A stretch of 64,000 nucleotides of DNA from a virus. The position numbers and the translations under genes were made by a program. The notes beneath the pieces are model-generated. The model did not search any database and was not told where the DNA came from. It was given only the letters and a program-made list of their open reading frames with translations. Location of the stretch: positions 64,001 to 128,000 of the IMG/VR virus record IMGVR_UViG_3300023202_000142; one strand, given 5' to 3'. This document shows positions 54,014-63,728 of the stretch, piece after piece (positions within the stretch are counted from its first letter, which is position 1; each line of letters starts with the position of its first letter).

Positions 54014-54975
54014 CGAACCCGCTGACCAAACAGTTCACGAACCCCAAGCTGCTGTCGGGGTACCCCAAGGAGATCATCTATCAGTGGAATCTCGCGCGGG
54101 AGTACGTCTTCCATGTCGGTGCCGAGCCGCGTGATGGTTTGCTCCTGCAGGGGGCCCTGCCGGTGCCAGACATGCTCTCCAGCGGGAACGCGAACACTGG
54201 GCTAGGGGTCGGTGAGGCGATCGATCCCCCGACGAGCCTGGGGGTCAGAATCTGGCGTGGATGCCCCGGACAGGTCGACGACATCTATGGGGATCCGCTT
54301 CCAGAGGCTTCGGAGTTCAACGCGCCGCGTGTGACCATGGGTCTCGTCAAGTTCGATGAGCAGGGCGACAAGATGGTCGAACTGATGGAGTGGGGACACC
54401 AGTTCACGCGCGAGGCGCGTATCTCAATCCCGTTCATCCATCACATCGAGAACGAGATTCCGCCGCCCCAGGAGGGTGATCTCGTGGAGTTCTGGGCTCG
54501 GAGCTGGCATGAACTCGGAGTGTTCTACGATGTCGTGCATGTCGCCCGGAACGGGTTCATCAACGACACCTCCTATTTCGTGCAGTGGGTTTGCCGTCTG
54601 AGGCGCCGCGACGATTTCCTTCCTGAGCGACGACTGCTCGACTCAGGCGCCCCGGCAACCGAACCGACGACCTTGCCTCCGGTCGTTACGGATGATGATC
54701 CAGAGTTCGAGTCTGTCCACGCTCAAGACACCTTCGAGATTGTGGATGATACCGATTACACCTATCTGCTGACCCATGAGCCTATCATCGGCACGGAGGA
54801 TGTTTATCTCAACGGTGTTCACCTCGTCGCGGGTGCGGGGTTCGACCCCCAAGGGTCCCTGTTCGACGTCAGTGGGTACGTTATAAACGGCAAAGAGGTT
54901 ATCCTGAGCAGCAACACCGTGCTGTGTGTCGACGATATTTTGCACGTCGAATACGACTATCTGAGCCCGGTGTAA
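54010..54975 (+). CDS. Putative neck/head-closure protein (gp14-like)
   Basis: DDIYGD...PQEGDLVEF...FYDV beta-barrel pattern, plus a C-terminal VYLNG repeat domain. Confidence 0.5.
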   Translation: MTNPLTKQFTNPKLLSGYPKEIIYQWNLAREYVFHVGAEPRDGLLLQGALPVPDMLSSGNANTGLGVGEAIDPPTSLGVRIWRGCPGQVDDIYGDPLPEASEFNAPRVTMGLVKFDEQGDKMVELMEWGHQFTREARISIPFIHHIENEIPPPQEGDLVEFWARSWHELGVFYDVVHVARNGFINDTSYFVQWVCRLRRRDDFLPERRLLDSGAPATEPTTLPPVVTDDDPEFESVHAQDTFEIVDDTDYTYLLTHEPIIGTEDVYLNGVHLVAGAGFDPQGSLFDVSGYVINGKEVILSSNTVLCVDDILHVEYDYLSPV

Positions 54976-54993
54976 CTCGTACCGGAGTAGGCA

Positions 54994-55437
54994 TTGGGCC
55001 GCGGAAAGGTCAGAGCTGAGACGCAGGTCGACAACCGCTCGTGCTCAAACCCTGGAGAGGGTCACTTCATCCAGGCCGACGGCACGATCACCATGTTCGC
55101 CGATCTCGATCTCGGCGGAAACAGGGTCATCAATGTCGATACTCCGGTCGATGGTGCCGATGCGGTCAACAAGGACTACGTCGACGATGCTATCGCGTCG
55201 ATCACGCTTCCAACGATCCCGACGGAGTCCATTGAGTACTTTGACGTGTCTGGTCTTGGTGACGACACCTATGTGCTCGCAGACACGCCGGACCCAGGCA
55301 CAGAACGGGTGTACTTGAATGGAGTTCTGCTGCGCCCCGGGGCTGCCAATGACTACACGATCGCTGGAGACACCGTGACGATGCAGCGGGTTGTGAAGGC
55401 CCAAGATGTTGTGGCGGTCGAATACGCATTCGGTTGA
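54994..55437 (+). CDS. Fibre/appendage-like protein
   Basis: DLGGNRVINVDTPVDGADAVNKDYVD trimeric neck motif plus a VYLNG..DYTI domain. Confidence 0.6.
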   Translation: MGRGKVRAETQVDNRSCSNPGEGHFIQADGTITMFADLDLGGNRVINVDTPVDGADAVNKDYVDDAIASITLPTIPTESIEYFDVSGLGDDTYVLADTPDPGTERVYLNGVLLRPGAANDYTIAGDTVTMQRVVKAQDVVAVEYAFG

Positions 55438-55491
55438 TTTGGGGTCCGAACAACCTGATAATCGACCCAGGTCAACCTTGAGGAGCACATC

Positions 55492-57060
55492 ATGGCGGTC
55501 ACACTGGTACGGCAGGACACTCAGATTCGCAAAAGCGATCTGTATGATGATTCGATCACCCCGACAGAAGCCGCGTTCGAGACCAACGCTGCTAACATCG
55601 AGGATGATCTCAACAATATTCGTTCGCAGCTCCACAACCTCCTGGATGTGCAGGGGTCGGACTGGTGGGCTGACCTCGTCGCCCCTTCGGCCTTGGAAGC
55701 CGGTGCGCAGCGCGGCGTCAACGACCTGAACGACGCCCTCCATCTCGTCGAAAAGAAGCGCATCCTTCGCGATGTTCTGAACTTCACGGACATCACGGTC
55801 CCGAACGGGCAGAACTACGTGGTGCTGGGCGCGGGCGAGCTTCCGGCAAACACGACGGCGGCCGTTGGTGCTGTCACAACTCTTGGTACTGTCGTCGCAG
55901 AGCACGCCGGGACGTTCGGCACCCACGCGCTGGATGAAGTCAGTGGCCCGAACGCCGTGAGCCCGAAGAACCTTCTGGTCATTGTCGACGGTTCGACGCG
56001 AGACCAACTCCTCTCCAGTGGTCGAGAGGTCTTTGGTCTGCTCCAGTCCGAGGATGGTACTGACGGGCACACGATCACTGACGCGACGACGACTCGTGTT
56101 CAGATCAGCTTCGTTCGCATCAATGCGACTGGTGACGACCTCGAAGCGGTTCCGGTCGCCGACATCGAAGATGAGGTCATCAACTATTCGTCTCGTGAGC
56201 GAGTCCGTCTCGAAGACCTGAATGAGGCGGACTTCTTGAAGCCGGCCAAGGTTGACACCCCGCCGGGTGCTGGAACCGTTGATCGCCAGGCTGTCTACGA
56301 CCAGCAGGGCACTACGGCCGTTGACCTGACGACGAACGCAACCCTCGATCTGGAAGGCCCGGGGCTTACCTGGCTCATCCGAGATGATGCTGAGGCGAAC
56401 CTGTTCGGTGTCGTCGAGGGGTCGGCTGGCGGCACGAGCCAACTCAACATCTACTCGGCAGTTGACGAGTTCGACGTCGACGCGGCCGTCAATGATTTCG
56501 ATGCAGGCGTCTCGACGAACTCGGGCGGCACCCGTCCGATCGATGTCGGTGTCAATGACGGTGAGGTGGAGTCCACGTCAGGTGACCTGATGGTCCGCGC
56601 GGCTGCGGAGCTTCTGCTTGATGACGTCAACCAGACCGGCTCCACCTGGGCGCAGGACGGCATAAAGCTGTCGGAAAACACGACTGAGTGGGATGATTTC
56701 GAGGTGGCTTTCGGGGGGGAGGTCAGTCTTCTGAATGCCATCGTGCAGGCGAACGCTGGAAACACGACGCGTCAGATCGCCCGCGCGAAGGTCCAGAACG
56801 GCAATCACTCGTCAGGGACGAACATCACTGGCGCCGGCGGCACCCCCGAACTGACTGCGCAGCTCATTGATTACAGTTCGATGACGTTCGTGGATGATGT
56901 CGATGTCTACCTGAACGGCATCTTACTGTTCCCGGCGGCCGGCGCGACCGAGGATGTTTACCCCGGCGACACTCCGGCGGACGGCGACCTCAAATTCACG
57001 TTCTCGGTGAAAGGGAGCGGCGCCAACCCCGATGTGATCACGATGATCACCTGGGGGTAA
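55492..57060 (+). CDS. Virion structural protein (fibre/decoration-like)
   Basis: 522 aa, Thr/Gly/Asp-rich, VYLNG motif, located in the structural cluster. Confidence 0.6.
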   Translation: MAVTLVRQDTQIRKSDLYDDSITPTEAAFETNAANIEDDLNNIRSQLHNLLDVQGSDWWADLVAPSALEAGAQRGVNDLNDALHLVEKKRILRDVLNFTDITVPNGQNYVVLGAGELPANTTAAVGAVTTLGTVVAEHAGTFGTHALDEVSGPNAVSPKNLLVIVDGSTRDQLLSSGREVFGLLQSEDGTDGHTITDATTTRVQISFVRINATGDDLEAVPVADIEDEVINYSSRERVRLEDLNEADFLKPAKVDTPPGAGTVDRQAVYDQQGTTAVDLTTNATLDLEGPGLTWLIRDDAEANLFGVVEGSAGGTSQLNIYSAVDEFDVDAAVNDFDAGVSTNSGGTRPIDVGVNDGEVESTSGDLMVRAAAELLLDDVNQTGSTWAQDGIKLSENTTEWDDFEVAFGGEVSLLNAIVQANAGNTTRQIARAKVQNGNHSSGTNITGAGGTPELTAQLIDYSSMTFVDDVDVYLNGILLFPAAGATEDVYPGDTPADGDLKFTFSVKGSGANPDVITMITWG

Positions 57061-57083
57061 TCCCTGATTGATGGTTCGCCCCG

Positions 57084-57120
57084 AAGGGGTTAGCGTCAGT
57101 CTGGCGCTAACCCCTTTTGT
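57084..57120 (+). terminator. Rho-independent terminator
   Basis: AAGGGGTTAGCGTCA / TGGCGCTAACCCCTT followed by TTGT. Confidence 0.75.
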
Positions 57121-57130
57121 AGAGGAGATC

Positions 57131-57805
57131 ATGGACGATAGCTTCAAGCATGATGTTGCCATTGGAGTGACATCCGAGCTGAGTCAAAACTTCAGCCAAC
57201 AGGCCGAGGCCGCCCAGGTGGAAGTTCACCAGGCCGAGGGTGCTGTGCAAGCCTGTGCGCTAGGTTCTCAGCGCATCCAGCAGCTTTCGGAACATCTGGA
57301 CGCCGAACAGGACGAGATGTCCCCAGAGCAGTACGAGGCTGCCAAGAGGTGGGTGTCGAGGTGCTATGGGACGTTGATCAGTCTTCAGAATCAGGTGGAG
57401 GTCAAGATTCATACTCTGTCCGGGAAGGCTCTGGGGCTTCGGCAGGCGGCCGAGCAGGTCGAGAAGGAATGCCGGAAACACGAGAGTCGAAAAATCGCGG
57501 TACAGAACAGTGACGAGGAGGACCCCGCGCGCGCTCGCGTGCTTGGGCGTGACCGAACGCCCGGAACGAGACCGGAGAACTCACTGGCCGATCGGAAACG
57601 ACAGGAGCATGAAGCTGGGCCTGATGTGGATGAGGCCGCGGAAGTTGAACCCGAAGAGCGCGTAGCGGAGGATGTGGGTGTGCCCAGCGATCTGGAGACC
57701 TTGCTGAAGCGGGAACTGATTACCCTCGCCAAGAGCATGGATATCCCGTTCTACGGCACGAAGAGGGAAATCATCGAGAGGATTGAGGATGCCAACACCG
57801 GATAG
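57131..57805 (+). CDS. Coiled-coil protein with C-terminal SAP/HeH-like motif
   Basis: Start MDDSFKH; LKRELITLAKSMDIPFYGTKREIIERI. Confidence 0.6.
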   Translation: MDDSFKHDVAIGVTSELSQNFSQQAEAAQVEVHQAEGAVQACALGSQRIQQLSEHLDAEQDEMSPEQYEAAKRWVSRCYGTLISLQNQVEVKIHTLSGKALGLRQAAEQVEKECRKHESRKIAVQNSDEEDPARARVLGRDRTPGTRPENSLADRKRQEHEAGPDVDEAAEVEPEERVAEDVGVPSDLETLLKRELITLAKSMDIPFYGTKREIIERIEDANTG

Positions 57806-58238
57806 GACACCGGGGGTCTCTCTGGAAGAGGGGCAGGTCTACGAGGACGAAGGGATCGATCCTTCCCAAGAGGGAGAGGTTCGGTACTCCGGTGGCCAGT
57901 TCAAGATGCAGGACTCGACTGGGATCTTCGATCCTCGTACCGGGGGTATCAGTGAAAGTCAGCATGAAGATCTTGACACCCTTGCTCACGACATTGTGGA
58001 GGACAGCTACGAGGAGCTGACCTACAGTGGCAGTAGGGTCACTAACTCTACTGTGTGGACTGATTCTGGGAAGACGACGAAGATTCGCGAGACTCAGATT
58101 TCTTACAGCGGCAACAAGATCACACAGACTATCGACATCCAGTATGATGCCGCCGGGGTCGAAGCCTACCGCCTGACTTCGGTGCTCACGTACTCGGGCA
58201 ACAAGATTCAGGACATTACTACTACGAGGACACCCTGA
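57789..58238 (+). CDS. Hypothetical structural protein
   Basis: Beta-rich Thr/Tyr repeats (ELTYSG, ISYSG, LTYSG). Confidence 0.55.
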   Translation: MPTPDRTPGVSLEEGQVYEDEGIDPSQEGEVRYSGGQFKMQDSTGIFDPRTGGISESQHEDLDTLAHDIVEDSYEELTYSGSRVTNSTVWTDSGKTTKIRETQISYSGNKITQTIDIQYDAAGVEAYRLTSVLTYSGNKIQDITTTRTP

Positions 58239-59920
58239 TGCCGGTGATAGTGTCACAGGTCCTGATTGATGATTCGTCGGACAAAGTTATCTCCGGTGTC
58301 CAGATCTATGATCGTGACAATGGGGGTGTGTTATCAGTTCCTGCCGGATCTTCATTCCCCTCACCTGCGCAACCCGGTGAGCTGTTCTGGCGCACCGATC
58401 TTCAGACGCTCTATCGACGCAATGATGGTGACACTGCTTGGGACTCGGTGTCTGTTGATGACACGACCATAGATCATGGCCAGATCTCTGGCCTCGGTGA
58501 TGATGACCATCCGCAGTACCAAACAGACGTGCGAGCAGATACGTGGCTTGGTACCAAAGATACTGACGACCTCGCGGAGGGCTCGAATCTCTACTACACC
58601 GAGGGGCGTGTTTCTGCGAATTCCGATGTCGCAGCAAATACTTCACACCGGAGTACGACAGGTAACCCGCATTCCACCACCGCTGGAGATGTCGGAGCGG
58701 TTCCGACAAGTGAAAAGGGCGCCGCGAATGGGGTCGCGACGCTGGACGCCGGCGCGAAGGTGCCTGCCGCTCAGATTCCCGCTGTTGCGCTCCCCGAAGT
58801 CTACGTCGTCGCAGACGCCGCTGCGAGAACCGCGCTGAGCGTGCAGGAGGGTGACGAGGCAATCCAGCTTGATGACGGGTCGCACTGGATCTACGACGGC
58901 AGCTCGTGGTTCTTGCGCCCCGGCGTGGCGGTTCCCAATGATACGTTTAACGCGGTCGATACTGTGGGAGGCGTTTCGCTTGACGGTGGTTGGACTGATA
59001 TTCCGTTGACCGTTGTCAACCACGAGACATCGGGATCATTCACATTCAGCGCACCGTCTGCCGACATCACGGTCGAGAACCCCGGCGTCTATGTCATCGC
59101 GGCATACGGAAGCACTGAGAAGACAAGCGGTGGCGACCGTAGTGACTCTGAACTACGGCTGCTCGTCGACACGGGTGGAGGCTACAATGTCGTCTCGGGA
59201 GCGACAGTCCCGATGTACAACCGTAATGGCTCTGAGGGTGACAATAACGCGTCGGTTGTCGTTGCTCTTGATCTGTCTGCTTCGGCTCAGGTGAAGATCC
59301 AGATGCGGACCCTTGGAGGCTCGAATGTCCAGAGTCGGGCGGAAGGTTCGGGTATCACCATTACGTCGACACGGGGACAGAAGGGCGAGAAAGGTGATAC
59401 CGGCGCAGGCTCCAGTGTCAACGTCGAGGACGAGGGCGCAGCGATTGGCGGCGGGCCTCACGACACGCTGAACTTCACGGGCGATCTGGTCAGCGTCTCG
59501 GATGCTGGAAGCGGTCAGGCGGATGTCAGCATTGCGGCACCAGCGAAGGACGATCAACAGGTTTCGGCATCAAGCATCGTCACTGAGACTTCGACGACGG
59601 ATGTCGTGGTGCCGGGCATGTCGATCACGGTTTCGAACTCTGCTGACTATATGCTGTATTTCAGCGGGTTTGCCTCCACAGAGGCCGATGAAGTTCTGTA
59701 TGTCTCGCTCTACATCAATGGTGTGCAGATCGCCGATACTGAGCGTGGAATGAGCGCCCCCGGAGGCGGCCCCGTCAATGATGATGTGCAGGGCACGGTG
59801 GCGATCACATGTCTTAGCGTTGGGGCGACTGCGGGAGACGTAGTTGATGTCCGCTGGCGTGTGAGTGCTGGGAATACCGGTCAATTCGAAGGAAGAACTC
59901 TCACTGTGCTGGAGCGATGA
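58238..59920 (+). CDS. Tail/collar fibre-like protein
   Basis: DDHPQY, GNPHSTTA..VGA, NGVATLD...KVP, a short collagen-like GQKGEKGDTG and beta-sandwich domains. Confidence 0.7.
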   Translation: MPVIVSQVLIDDSSDKVISGVQIYDRDNGGVLSVPAGSSFPSPAQPGELFWRTDLQTLYRRNDGDTAWDSVSVDDTTIDHGQISGLGDDDHPQYQTDVRADTWLGTKDTDDLAEGSNLYYTEGRVSANSDVAANTSHRSTTGNPHSTTAGDVGAVPTSEKGAANGVATLDAGAKVPAAQIPAVALPEVYVVADAAARTALSVQEGDEAIQLDDGSHWIYDGSSWFLRPGVAVPNDTFNAVDTVGGVSLDGGWTDIPLTVVNHETSGSFTFSAPSADITVENPGVYVIAAYGSTEKTSGGDRSDSELRLLVDTGGGYNVVSGATVPMYNRNGSEGDNNASVVVALDLSASAQVKIQMRTLGGSNVQSRAEGSGITITSTRGQKGEKGDTGAGSSVNVEDEGAAIGGGPHDTLNFTGDLVSVSDAGSGQADVSIAAPAKDDQQVSASSIVTETSTTDVVVPGMSITVSNSADYMLYFSGFASTEADEVLYVSLYINGVQIADTERGMSAPGGGPVNDDVQGTVAITCLSVGATAGDVVDVRWRVSAGNTGQFEGRTLTVLER

Positions 59921-61060
59921 ATGGCTGATACCCCTTACGTCTACTCGTTGGCGGGCGACTTCTCGAATGGGGTCAATGCCGGGCGTCTCGATGAGGAAGT
60001 TCGGGCCTCCGATATCGTCGTGGCCCTACGGGGTGTCTCTGTCGCTGGAGATGACGTCACGGTGACGTTCAAAGCGTCGCTTGACAGCTCTGATGAATCC
60101 ATTCTTGACGGTATTGTGGCTGCCCATGATGGCAGTCCTGATGAGCCTGTCCCGGCTCCGGTCGATATTCGCTCGATCACTGCTGACCCTACAGGCGCCT
60201 CGAAACTGGGCGTCAACGTGTTCCCCGCTGAGGGGAGTCGCACGAATTTTATTTCTCACCTCTGGACAGACCCTACGACGTGGTACCAGTCTTCGGTGCG
60301 CGTGGTGGATGAGGTCCCAACACCTCTTGACCCAGACGGCAAACAGTTTCAGCTCGCCAACTCTGATGTGATCGATTCCACTCATGGCAAGCTCTTCATG
60401 GAGGACTTCCTGCTGGATGGTGGCGGGCACTCCTACGCGGTGGAGGTTAAGGTTGACGGTACCCCTGTGCCGATGCAGGACATCGATACAGGAGAAGGCG
60501 ACTGGAGCATAGATTATGCCGCTGGCGTCCTGACGATGAACCCCAACGTACCGAGCGGGGCCACGCTGGAGGTCACGTACCATTACGCCACGGTCTCCAA
60601 GTTCATCATCAAGCCTGACCCCGGAAAAGTGCTGCGCATCAAGTCCGCAGAGGTCCAGTTCAGCCGTAATGTCAGTATGCGGGACACCGTTCAGTTCGAG
60701 TTTTTCGGCTATGCCGCTGCAATCGATCCTGATGGTTTCGCGAATGGAGACTACGGCCCTGATCCCCAGACTTTGATCTACGCAACGACACCGAGTCGCT
60801 ACAAGTCGATCCATAATTTTCTCTCGGAGTCGAATGGTGTCTATCCGATCCTTCCGGCCACATCGAACGATAGCCCCAACGAACACCGGGACATGCGGAA
60901 CGATGTTCTGACGTTCCCGTGGAATTATCAGGCGTCGATCCCTCTCTACTCCTCTGCCGGGATGCAGATTGTGGTCAGCCTGGTGGATGACAGGCCGCTT
61001 GGGGGGGAGTTCGCGACCGCGACGTTTTACTGCTACTCGGAGGATGACCCAAATGCCTGA
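59921..61060 (+). CDS. Hypothetical structural protein
   Basis: 379 aa; WSIDYAAGVLT...TLEVTYHY Ig-like motif. Confidence 0.6.
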   Translation: MADTPYVYSLAGDFSNGVNAGRLDEEVRASDIVVALRGVSVAGDDVTVTFKASLDSSDESILDGIVAAHDGSPDEPVPAPVDIRSITADPTGASKLGVNVFPAEGSRTNFISHLWTDPTTWYQSSVRVVDEVPTPLDPDGKQFQLANSDVIDSTHGKLFMEDFLLDGGGHSYAVEVKVDGTPVPMQDIDTGEGDWSIDYAAGVLTMNPNVPSGATLEVTYHYATVSKFIIKPDPGKVLRIKSAEVQFSRNVSMRDTVQFEFFGYAAAIDPDGFANGDYGPDPQTLIYATTPSRYKSIHNFLSESNGVYPILPATSNDSPNEHRDMRNDVLTFPWNYQASIPLYSSAGMQIVVSLVDDRPLGGEFATATFYCYSEDDPNA

Positions 61061-61448
61061 TGTTAACTGGAAAAAGGTCTCGTATGTCGTGATCGCTGTC
61101 TGGATCGTGGGGATCCTGGGGTACGATTTGATTCCAGCGCTCACCTCCGAGGATGGCGACACGATCTCGGAGGTTGCTCGGGATCTGGCGTGGGGCTGGC
61201 AGACGCTGCCGGCCTTCGTGATGTTCATGATGGCTCACCTGTTCTGGCATCGGAAGGGTGGTCGGTATTTCCAGTGGTCGTGGGTGTTCATCCCGGTTGT
61301 GCTGGCTGGGACTGTCTTGGCAGACATTTTTCTTGTCGGAGACCTCAACCCGTTGTGGGTTTGCTTGGTGTACTTCCCGCTGGGTCATCTGGTTTGGCCC
61401 CAGGACTCCGAGGAACGGCTGCACCCGGGTGCAGGGAACGAGTCATGA
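61053..61448 (+). CDS. Small multi-pass membrane protein (holin-like candidate)
   Basis: Start MPDVNWKK; three to four hydrophobic segments. Confidence 0.5.
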   Translation: MPDVNWKKVSYVVIAVWIVGILGYDLIPALTSEDGDTISEVARDLAWGWQTLPAFVMFMMAHLFWHRKGGRYFQWSWVFIPVVLAGTVLADIFLVGDLNPLWVCLVYFPLGHLVWPQDSEERLHPGAGNES

Positions 61449-61807
61449 ATGCATCGGCACAGAAAGGCGCTGAACTGGTGCGTCTGGGGTACAATTTCAT
61501 TTGCGCATCATGCCCCCACATGCAGCGCTCTCATGATCGAGGAGAAGAGTCGTGCGGGCGCTTCTCTTGTGGCTTTCACAAGGGTCTGCCGGAGTACGCA
61601 GGGCCGGTCTCCAGAGATCTTTGGCCACACCTGTGCTGGATTTGTGGAGAAGGTGCTGAACTCGGGTTGCATTTTGTTCGGGTCGGCATGATCCTTGGAG
61701 CCTGTGATGAGCACCGAGACGTGCATCAGCAGTTCCTGGGTGAATCTGAGGCTGCAGGTGTGATAGAGATCACGGGTAGGACCAACGCTATCCATCAGGA
61801 GAAGTGA
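61445..61807 (+). CDS. Cys-rich putative zinc-binding protein
   Basis: CASC, CWIC and CDEH motifs. Confidence 0.5.
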   Translation: MNASAQKGAELVRLGYNFICASCPHMQRSHDRGEESCGRFSCGFHKGLPEYAGPVSRDLWPHLCWICGEGAELGLHFVRVGMILGACDEHRDVHQQFLGESEAAGVIEITGRTNAIHQEK

Positions 61808-62541
61808 TGAACCGAGAACTCCGATCAATCGAGCGCGCTGTGCGCTACATGGAGTCCGTCGACGACCTCAACCCGGCCCTTCCTTCACTGAAAACGGGTG
61901 TGACCCGTTTGCAGGAGGCGGCTGGCATGGGGGACATGGGGGAAATGGATCGTGCGATGAAGTACATGTCGCGCGCGATGTCCTCGATGAAGACCGAGAT
62001 GGACGGCATGGACAACGAGGACTACATGGACATGGAGCGCGCGATGAAGTCGATGTCGCGCGCGATGTCCTCGATGAAGGGCAACGCGCCCTCGCACGAC
62101 TACTCGACCGACGATGGCGAGTATGAGGCCGCGATGGGTGAGGGCATCGAGATCAACCCGGACTACGTCGACTCTCTCGAAGAGCACGTCGAGTACCTGG
62201 AGGGTCAACTCGACGAGCACCGTGAGACGCTTCGTCGCGTTACGGAGTGTTACGTGACTGCCAAGGGCCTTCTGGCCCAGCTTGCGCCGCAAGCTCGTGT
62301 TGCGGCCGTCATGGAGTCTCTGAAGGCGCAGGGCATCAGCCCGGCAAACTTCGAGTCGCTGACGATGTTCGAGTCGGAGTTCGATTCTGCGGTCGCGTCT
62401 GTCCTCTCCGAGGGCGGCCAGCCGGTCATCGAGTCGAACCAGGGCGGTCAGCCCACCGGTGATGGCGAGGGCGGTCCGATCTCCGAGAACAGTGACCTGT
62501 TCAAGAACATCCAGTACCTCTCGGGATCCCTGTCGGGCTAA
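61804..62541 (+). CDS. Met-rich coiled-coil protein, candidate prohead core protein
   Basis: 245 aa with a tandem RAMKxMSRAMSSMK repeat. Confidence 0.65.
   Translation: MMNRELRSIERAVRYMESVDDLNPALPSLKTGVTRLQEAAGMGDMGEMDRAMKYMSRAMSSMKTEMDGMDNEDYMDMERAMKSMSRAMSSMKGNAPSHDYSTDDGEYEAAMGEGIEINPDYVDSLEEHVEYLEGQLDEHRETLRRVTECYVTAKGLLAQLAPQARVAAVMESLKAQGISPANFESLTMFESEFDSAVASVLSEGGQPVIESNQGGQPTGDGEGGPISENSDLFKNIQYLSGSLSG
61954..62079 (+). repeat. 39-bp direct repeat, two copies 87 bp apart
   Basis: GCGATGAAGT(AC/CG)ATGTCGCGCGCGATGTCCTCGATGAAG at 61954 and 62041. Confidence 0.85.
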
Positions 62542-63258
62542 GTGGCCCGGCACCCGAAGAGCTGGAGGGAGGGTTGGGAGCGCATTGAGTGGGCTTCTGA
62601 CAACTTCGACCAGGTTCAGATCTACGTCGTTCAGCGGCTTGCCGCAGAGTTTGCCGAAGAACTCGGCGCTCAGGGCGAACTCTTGCACCTGATCAAGGTG
62701 AGCGACGGTCGCCATCAGTTTTTCGGTGTCAGTCTTGAGCCGAAGCCGTACCAGGAGGAGCTTGCCGCGATGTCGGACAAGCTCCTTCTTGCGTCTGGGT
62801 CTGACGAGGAGGCTCTGCATCGTCAGATGATGGCGGCGAACCCTTGGGTTTACGATAAGCTGCCCGCCGTGTTTGATTCGCCCGAGGAGGGGTATTTCTA
62901 TGTCAGGGACACGACGTCCGATGAGATGGAGGTCGTGGCGATCAGGAATGACGAGGAGATTCGGGATCTTGGTGCGGCGCCAGTGCCGGCATCTACTCGG
63001 ACGTGGTTTGTGGACGACATCCGGTTTAACATGCTCCGAGGCGAGTTCGGTCTGGGAGACAATGGCCAGCCGATGTGGCGTCCAGCTCTTCGGCGCTTGA
63101 TTCGAGATCGATTGCCGGCGATTCAGGAAGAGGTAATGACTGCGATGTTCGAGGCCAAGTTGACGTTGGATGCTCCGGCGTTCGAGACGAGGTCTCCCGA
63201 GTGGCTGAAGGCCAACGAGGAGTTCGCGGTTATGATGGTCCAGACCACGGCCGTATGA
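62542..63258 (+). CDS. Hypothetical protein
   Basis: 238 aa abutting the previous stop. Confidence 0.6.
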   Translation: MARHPKSWREGWERIEWASDNFDQVQIYVVQRLAAEFAEELGAQGELLHLIKVSDGRHQFFGVSLEPKPYQEELAAMSDKLLLASGSDEEALHRQMMAANPWVYDKLPAVFDSPEEGYFYVRDTTSDEMEVVAIRNDEEIRDLGAAPVPASTRTWFVDDIRFNMLRGEFGLGDNGQPMWRPALRRLIRDRLPAIQEEVMTAMFEAKLTLDAPAFETRSPEWLKANEEFAVMMVQTTAV

Positions 63259-63262
63259 GGCG

Positions 63263-63694
63263 ATGATGCGAGATCACATGCTGGAAACCGCAGGCGTAGG
63301 CGTCGAGAACCCCGTTTTCGACGTCCAGGCCGTCAACAAGTACCTGCGACGGCTCAACGCGTATCTCGATGGCTCGCTGATGGGCCGCAACGATGCGTTC
63401 GACGTTCAGCGTACGACTGATGCTCCAGGCGAGCAGGCGTTCGAGGAGTACGTCGGGAAGGCTATTGAGTCCATGCTGTCTGACTACAGCATGGACGAGG
63501 ATGATGCGGTTGAAGTTTTGGCCGACGTCGTCAGCGAGGCTGAGGCGATGGGGCTTCTGCCCCCATACCCTGACGCCGTAGATACGGTCCCTGACCAAAT
63601 GTATTCCGACTGGGTCGCAGCGGCCCAGTCGATCAGCCTCGGCGCGATGATGCGCAAGTACGCAGAGGACGGTTCGATCAACGGGATCAGGTAA
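63263..63694 (+). CDS. Hypothetical acidic protein
   Basis: 143 aa in the operon. Confidence 0.6.
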   Translation: MMRDHMLETAGVGVENPVFDVQAVNKYLRRLNAYLDGSLMGRNDAFDVQRTTDAPGEQAFEEYVGKAIESMLSDYSMDEDDAVEVLADVVSEAEAMGLLPPYPDAVDTVPDQMYSDWVAAAQSISLGAMMRKYAEDGSINGIR

Positions 63695-63728
63695 CAGCTT
63701 GGAAGCTGCGGAAGAACAGAAGGGGTAT

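Noticed and set aside
2172-56442. Long antisense ORFs in the track (e.g. 2172-3485 +, 26700-27878 -, 44286-45626 -, 50111-51178 -, 55045-56442 -)
   Set aside because: They mirror well-supported genes on the opposite strand, lack RBSs and motifs, and are expected shadows in high-GC DNA.
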